Shown in pieces: positions 57,052-64,000 of a DNA stretch of 64,000 nucleotides. Position numbers and translations under genes: made by a program. The stretch spans positions 5,580,001 to 5,644,000 of the forward strand of contig NC_043007.1 of NCBI RefSeq assembly GCF_006345805.1. The letters run 5' to 3'. The notes beneath the pieces were generated by a model that saw only the letters and a program-made list of their open reading frames with translations, was not told the origin of the DNA and searched no databases. Within the stretch, counting starts at the first letter, position 1, and each line of letters opens with the position of its first letter. Source of the stretch: Octopus sinensis. Taxonomy: Eukaryota.

Positions 57052-57407
57052 TAGTCTCGTTTTCCCGTTTTTTATTATTGTATTTTTAAAAAATAATTCT
57101 TTTTACAATGTTGCGGTGTGTTTAACATCAAAAAATATTTTTTAATGTTCATAAAGTTCACTCAGCCCTTTCATACGTTCGTAGTAATCATCAGGTTTTA
57201 AAATGTAATTAACTGATAGTTGAGTTCTTGCAAGAATGCAGCTGTCAGATAAATACATTTTAAAATCTGATGATTACTACGATCGTATGAAAGGGCTGAG
57301 TGAACTTTATGAACATTAAAAAATTTTTTGTAATGTTAAACACACCTCAACATTGTAAAACGAATTACTTTTAAAAATACAATAATAAAAACGTGAAAAC
57401 CAGTCTA
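57052..57407. repeat. ~355-bp imperfect palindrome (foldback/MITE-like)
   Basis: Arms 57052-57207 and 57254-57407 are reverse complements; centre ttcttg|caagaa at 57225-57236. Confidence 0.92.
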
Positions 57408-57440
57408 AATTTTAACTTTATTCAACTGATATATATATAA

Positions 57441-57473
<33 letters not shown>

Positions 57474-57474
57474 C

Positions 57475-57992
57475 ATGGAAAAGTCTGCGGTTTTTCACTA
57501 AAAGACAAAATTTCTAATGCCGACTTGTTTAGCAAATGTAAGATTGGTGGTATTGAGAGCTTCCTTATGCAATCACAATTGCGCTGGGCTGGCCATGTCG
57601 TCAGAATGAGTGACGAAAGAATACCCAATGTCTTCATGTTCAGCCAGCTTAAGAGTGGACGCAGGAATGTTGGTCGACCATGGGTCAGATATAAGGGGAA
57701 GCTGAAGAGTAACCTATTAGTGATGAACACCTTTGAGTAAACAGCTCTGGAGCGAACAAAATGGAGACCGTTGTGTGAAAATGGTATAAGAACAGGCTTC
57801 GGGGTGCAAGGCAAAGGAGAAAAGGGGCTGCAAATAGACCACCTACACTGACCTGTAATCCTCAAACTTGCAACATTTATGGCCTTCTTTGCAAATCGTT
57901 GGCAGGTCTTAAATGTCACATTCGACATAAGCATTATGACTGACAAAGAAAGAGTACGTCGTCAGAGCCTCGTACGTCGACACCGATGGGGA
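57475..57992 (+). mobile_element. RTE-clade LINE 3' end (second family)
   Basis: IESFLMQSQLRWAGHVVRMSDERIPNVFMFSQLKSGRRNVGRPWVRYKGKLK and terminal zinc-finger-like LCKSLAGLKCHIRHKH. Confidence 0.88.
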
Positions 57993-58066
57993 GAGTCCTT
58001 CATATATGTAGTGTGCAGCATATATATATAATATTATATATATATATATTATATATATATATAGAT

Positions 58067-58108
<42 letters not shown>

Positions 58109-58440
58109 ATATATATATACATTATATGCACTTATATACATGATATATAATATATATATATATACACATGTACATATATTATATATTATAATTATATATA
58201 TATATATATAGCTAATATATATATCTATGCTATCCTAAAAGCCTCACTCTGTGCGGACTTCTAAGCTAGCCCTGCGGAGGGCTAATTGAAATAGTGCAAT
58301 AATAACAAACCATTTATTGGTACGCTACCAATATGGCATTATTGTAAATTCAACCGAAGAAACCTGATCGTACAGAGTATGCCCTATATAAGCGTTTCCG
58401 AATATTGCCCTTTCAGAGTATGAAACTTGAAGTAGCTCTT

Positions 58441-58915
58441 GTATAACAGCTGCATCATTAAATTATACGTACCCTACATACATACATACATACATACATA
58501 CATACATACATACATACATGCATGCATGCATACATACAACACATACATACATACAACACATACATACATACAACATATACATACATACAACACATACATA
58601 CATACAACACATACATACAACACATACATACATGCATACAACACATACATACATACAACACACACATACATACAACACATACATACATACATACAACCAT
58701 ACATACATACATACATACGTACGTACATACACATACATACATACATACATACATTCGTACATACATACATTCGTACATACATACATACGTACATACATAC
58801 ATACATACATACATACATACATACAAACATACATACATACATAATTCGTACATACATACATACATACATATACACATGTATATGAATGTATAATTTAATG
58901 ATGCAGCAGATATAC
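58441..58915. repeat. (TACA)n/(TACAACACA) microsatellite bracketed by perfect 20-bp inverted repeats
   Basis: gctgcatcattaaattatac (58449-58468) is the reverse complement of gtataatttaatgatgcagc (58888-58907). Confidence 0.85.
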
Positions 58916-59030
58916 ATGGGTTGCTACAAGTTTGATACTAGAAAACGGCGAGATGATTACATGTGTTTATATATATATATTATATATTATATATATATAA
59001 TATATATATATATATATTATATATATACAT

Positions 59031-59520
59031 ATGGCTACGTTGAGGCCTAAATATTGTCAGGATTCACTGGTCCCACTCTCAAACTATAGACTCGTTATAT
59101 TGACGACTGAATCGGTGCTACCTCGCTCTCCCACGAACAACTAGACTCCTTCCTCTCTTTTGTCCAATCCTTCCATTCTGCCTTCGAATCCTCCTGCACC
59201 ATTTCCAACACTTCCATCGCATTTCTCAACATTTCGCTCAACATACACAACTCTGCTCTCACCACCTCCATCCACTACAAACACACCGACTCACACTCCC
59301 ACGTTAACTTCTCCTCCCACCCTACCCACACAAAGCTCTCCATCCCCTACTTCCAATTCCTCCGTCTGCACAGGCTCTGCAGTGAAAAACATGACTTAGG
59401 GACTCAGTCTCAATTCATGGCTCGCCACTTCATCCTTCGTGGATACCTCCTGACACAGCCCTTGCCAGAACATGTTCCGTGGACCATGCCTCTGCCTTCT
59501 CTCCCCGCACCCGCCCGCCG
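59031..59520 (+). mobile_element. Penelope-like element RT fragment
   Basis: RYIDD*IGATSLSHEQLDSF..SIAFLNI..TSIHYKHTDSHSH..HPTHTKLSIPYFQFLRLHRLCS..FILRGY follows the PLE RT and thumb pattern. Confidence 0.88.
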
Positions 59521-61663
59521 TTCCCCTTCTCACGTTATTGTGGGCACCAATGAGAAATAAAGTATATAACGCAAGCAAATACGAAAATGCTAAAGGTGTT
59601 ACTCAAGCGCTGATGGAATCCTGATACGAAGTAATACGAAATCAATAGCATTTCGTCTGATCCCCCTTTTTTGACTGCAAAGTCATTCTGTATTCATAGG
59701 AGATGATTAAATCTACTTATACATAAAACGTTGTTGAGTCTATTTTATCACTGCGTATTATTGAAACAAAGCACAGTTAATGTAGCTGTAATATATTAAT
59801 CAAAATAGCGACCGAGAATGCGCTATATATACAATTTCGTTTATCCAGTTTAGTGTTTGAATGAAGGCTTAAGTTCCAGAAAACTGGAAGATAATCTCCT
59901 AAGCTTTTTTTTCCTGTGATTAATAGCAGAGTGACTTGCGGTGTGATTTCAGCATTATTACTTGCAGTTTATTTTTGCTGCAGCTGTTGTTTTTTTTTTG
60001 CTTTTTTTTTTAGTTGTATTTAATGATCCAAAAGCTGGAATTAACGTAGAACTTAGTTTTATTGATGAGTTATTTCATGTTAAGCGACTTCTTCTTCGCA
60101 AGGAATCGTACAGTTCCATTCTTCGAAAACTCCTCGTTATCGAATGTAGTTGCGGTACCTTATATCATACTCAGTGGAGAATATAAGTGGCATTGACAAC
60201 ACTTCAGAAACAGTTAATCCAGTAGCGTTTTGTTTAATCTTATGTCCTTGCGTTTATTCCCACTTAATATCCGGTTTGTAGTATTAATGAATGTGTCCCT
60301 CAGCCTGGCATAAGAAGTTTATCACCATTATCCAGGTCCATGGGGTGCCTTTTTGTGTCACTCGCAGGTCGATAAGATGATTAGCGAAATTTTAACTCAG
60401 TGAGCAAAGATCCGGAATATTTACCACGAGACGTTTTGTGTGACTTAAGAATTCCATCAGATGACAACCCTAGCCTGGTATTTTATTTATTACTCTTGAA
60501 AGCATGGAAGGAAAGTGAGCCTTAAAGTATAATCCAATGAAGGGTGAATAGACGGAGTCATTAGAGCCTCGAGAAGATTTCTTCGTGCTATTTGTTCCGA
60601 TTGAGCTCTGATTTCAAATCCCACCAGAACAAATGTGTTTTGGAGTCGATAAAAAAAAATGCTAATTCAAGTTGGTGGATTGGTGGAACTGTAAAAATGT
60701 CGGACCGGATGTCTTATGGTATTTGTTCCAGTTGTTAGTGTTCTGCATTCCAATTCCGCCATGGCCTACTTGGGGAGTAGACTCAATTCATCACTCAACA
60801 GCATCACCTGGCAATTTGGGTGCCTTTAGCGGATTCCGTTTTGAATGCAAGTGTTCCGGTCTGGTTTGTTGTTTGAGAATACCTTTCCCATTTCCCTTAA
60901 CCAGTTCTGGAGAAGCTAACAAGCCATGGTCACTGCCTTTTCTCTTGATTAAAAGATTAAAAGAAAAAACAACATACTAAACTTACTACTGTATAATCAG
61001 TTTATATATGAAAAAAGACTCCTTGGCAGTCACTCTCTTTCCTGTAAGAACGAGGTGCAAGAACATCAAGAGATATAATATATATCACCGCCACAGGGAC
61101 AGCAACAACTCGTAGAAGGGTTCTTTGTAGCACGTTATGCAGAATATATGTAATAATGTACGAGAAAATCTGCATCGTTTCTTGCTACAAAACAAAATAC
61201 TGTTTAATCCTGCTGCAGATAGCACATCACGTGATATTGCAGCATCTATCAAAATCAAAATTCAGAGATGTCTAGACCGAAATGCAGTACACGTTGCTTA
61301 CATGATTGCAGCTGTATCGAACGTATTGGATCATATCTGTTTGATATGTGGCTTGAGACTGTAGCGAATGTCACCACATCTATGACATAATAATTGATCC
61401 ACTTAGCATCTTTTCCCAAACTTTCGATCATTTTCCTTTGCGATGTCTTTTATATATTTTCCTGCTCGGTCTAATATTTTCTCTCCTTCAACTTGGAGTT
61501 CGCTTCTCTTCTGCACGATTAACTCCACCGACAAATAATCTGCAGCAAAGTATATTGGACTTCTTCCTACCATTACACTCACGCATACATTGTTACATAC
61601 AAAAGTCAAACACGCAAAAACGCACACATGCAACGACAACAACAACAAAGAAGTATCCTATAT

Positions 61664-61694
<31 letters not shown>

Positions 61695-62384
61695 TATGCG
61701 CGTGCGTTTTGAAGGTACAGTAAGGTAAAAGTACTCAATAGGATATTCGCTCCCGTCAGTTTCGACTCACGACCGTTTGAAGAAGACCTAAATTTAAAGA
61801 AAGAAAGAAAGATAGAAAGAAAGAAAGAAAATAAATAAATAAATAAAGAAAGAAAGAAAGAAAGAAAACCAAAGAGCATCCGTTTGCGATGGAAGCGTGA
61901 TGTTATTTCAGTCCAGGAATGAATTTTGCTATGAAGTCGGAATGGAGGCATTGATAATTTTGCCTGGGATTCGACAAGTGTGTCTGTTGAGTGCGGGACA
62001 GAGTTCCGTCTGTTGTTCATTTCCTTCAACTCAAATTGTTTGGATTCATCGTTATACGTTTAACACTATGGAGATCGATCTAGGTTATGACTTTCTCAAG
62101 ATGTCAGGTAGAGATAAAAGTGGGTAACGCGAAGGCGAAATGAAAACTGTCCCAAAGGACTATAGACGCGGGAGGGGGGTACAGCGGGGAGTAAAGAGAG
62201 TCGTGACCGTTCCAGTGCAAGGCAAAGCAAGAAAGGGTGACACCGCCTTAGGTTGTCTGGGTTCACGTGATAGTAGGAGGAGAGTAACAAGGAGGGAAAG
62301 AGAGGAAGAGAGAGAGAGAGAGTGAGAGAGTGAGAGGGAGAAACAAAGTAAAGGGACAGAGTGGCACAAAAATATTCGAAGAAT

Positions 62385-62799
62385 GTATATATGCTTCTTT
62401 ACTACCCACAAGGGGCTAACACAGAGGGGACAAACAAGGACAGACAAACGGATTAAGTCGATTACATCGATCCCAGTGCGTAACTGGTACTTAATTTATC
62501 GACCCCGAAAGGATGAAAGGCAAAGTCGACCTCGGCGGAATTTGAACTCAGAACGTAGCGACGGGCGAAATACCTATTTCTTTATTACCCACAAGGGGCT
62601 AAACACAAAGGGGACAAACAAGGACAGACATAGGTATTAAGTCGATTACATCGACCCCAGTGCGTAACTGGTACTTAATTTATCGACCTCGAAAGGATGA
62701 AACGCAAAGGCGACCTCGGCGGAATTTGAACTCAGAACGTAACGACGGACGAAATACCGCGAAATACCGCAGTGCTAACGATTCTGCCAGCTCGCCGCC
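62385..62799 (-). mobile_element. SINE family A head-to-tail dimer
   Basis: Two ~185-bp units (acccacaagggg...gtcgattacatcga.cccagt...gaatttgaactcagaacgta); ends gattctgccagctcgccgcc. Confidence 0.9.
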
Positions 62800-63552
62800 C
62801 TTACTAGCGATAATATAAACCGCGTTGTCTCTGCTTTTCCTTCACGTTTCATAAGATAAAAACCACTGCATTCGCTGCTTTCGTCTTCTCGAATTATTTC
62901 CTTCTATAAAATGTGATATATTCACACCATAAAACCGAATCTGTATGTAGAAAGCGAAGCCATATTTAAAATCATTTTGTAAGAGATCTCATCTACACTC
63001 TCTCCTCATAAAATTTCAATGTTTCCTTTTTCATATGTAGATATATTTAAACTAAAAAAGAAAAAAAACAAAAAAAACAAGAAACTTTAATGTTTTGGTG
63101 CAAAGCACCAGAGTAAGTGCAGATTTGTTAGAGCAAGGTACGCAATCTTTTTACATGCGTATCTTCTACATTTGAAATATAGACAGATACATAATAGCTT
63201 TAAAATGCATAGTTTCCCCAATATTTTTTACCGATCCACTTTATATTTTTCGCTTTCTTCTGCATGCTTTATCTAAAAAAAATGATTTGACATTATGTTA
63301 TTTTTTATTATAGAGATGGTATAAATGTAATGCATAATAGGATGTCCACGATTTTGTGCAGAGGAGATCAAATAATGGTTGGTAGTGAATAAATATACAT
63401 AACAACGTAAAATGCTATTATGCTTCATTTAAAACGTCAGAACAAGAGATGTAAAAACAGGTTTCCTAATACATAATACATGCATGTGCACACATATATT
63501 TATATCAAAATGTGTGTGTGTATATATATTCGATGAATATATATATATATAC

Positions 63553-63636
<84 letters not shown>

Positions 63637-63697
63637 ATATATATGTATGTATATGTGAGTATGTACAGTTATATAAGTACATACTTATATGTATATA

Positions 63698-63730
<33 letters not shown>

Positions 63731-63849
63731 ATGTGAGTATGTACAGTTATATAAGTACGGCATAACATCTTATTCTGGTGTACATACATACGTACATGCC
63801 ATCATTCCACACACACACGCACACACACACACACACACATATTGATGTC

Positions 63850-64000
63850 AGATTTTGACACCAGGCAATTTCGGGAATGAGATAAGACGATTTCATCGAC
63901 TCCAGTGTTCAACTCCTACTTATTTTATCGATTCCAAAAGAATGAAAGGTAAAGTCGGATTTAGAACTAGAACTTAAAGACGATCTAAATGCCGCTAAGC
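63850..64000 (-). mobile_element. SINE family A copy (degraded, runs off the window)
   Basis: tttcatcgactccagtg...tattttatcgattcc.aaagaatgaaaggtaaagtcg. Confidence 0.7.

Overview
AT-rich, microsatellite-dense animal genomic DNA. The SINE/LINE content looks like an octopus (coleoid cephalopod); this is recognition from memory, not a database result. No intact protein-coding gene can be supported, and nearly all ORF-track entries are microsatellite translations or fragments of decayed transposons. Recognisable fossils: three R4/Dong-clade non-LTR retrotransposon pieces, two RTE pieces, two CR1/L2/Jockey-type pieces, a Penelope RT fragment plus Penelope-LTR-like repeats, a mariner deletion derivative with both TIRs, a pogo/Tigger fragment, a Helitron helicase relic with two non-autonomous Helitrons, and more than 20 tRNA-derived SINE copies. 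Best leads: (1) minimal hammerhead-ribozyme-like motifs with non-canonical cores in two Penelope-like repeat families; (2) (TAA)n-associated Dong copies and a ~500-bp element flanked by (ATT)n on both sides; (3) a ~355-bp palindrome and a TIR-bracketed microsatellite; (4) one well-bounded minus-strand candidate exon resembling an ionotropic glutamate receptor N-terminal domain, which has a competing transposon explanation. Transposon boundaries are approximate (tens of bp) unless terminal motifs are quoted.
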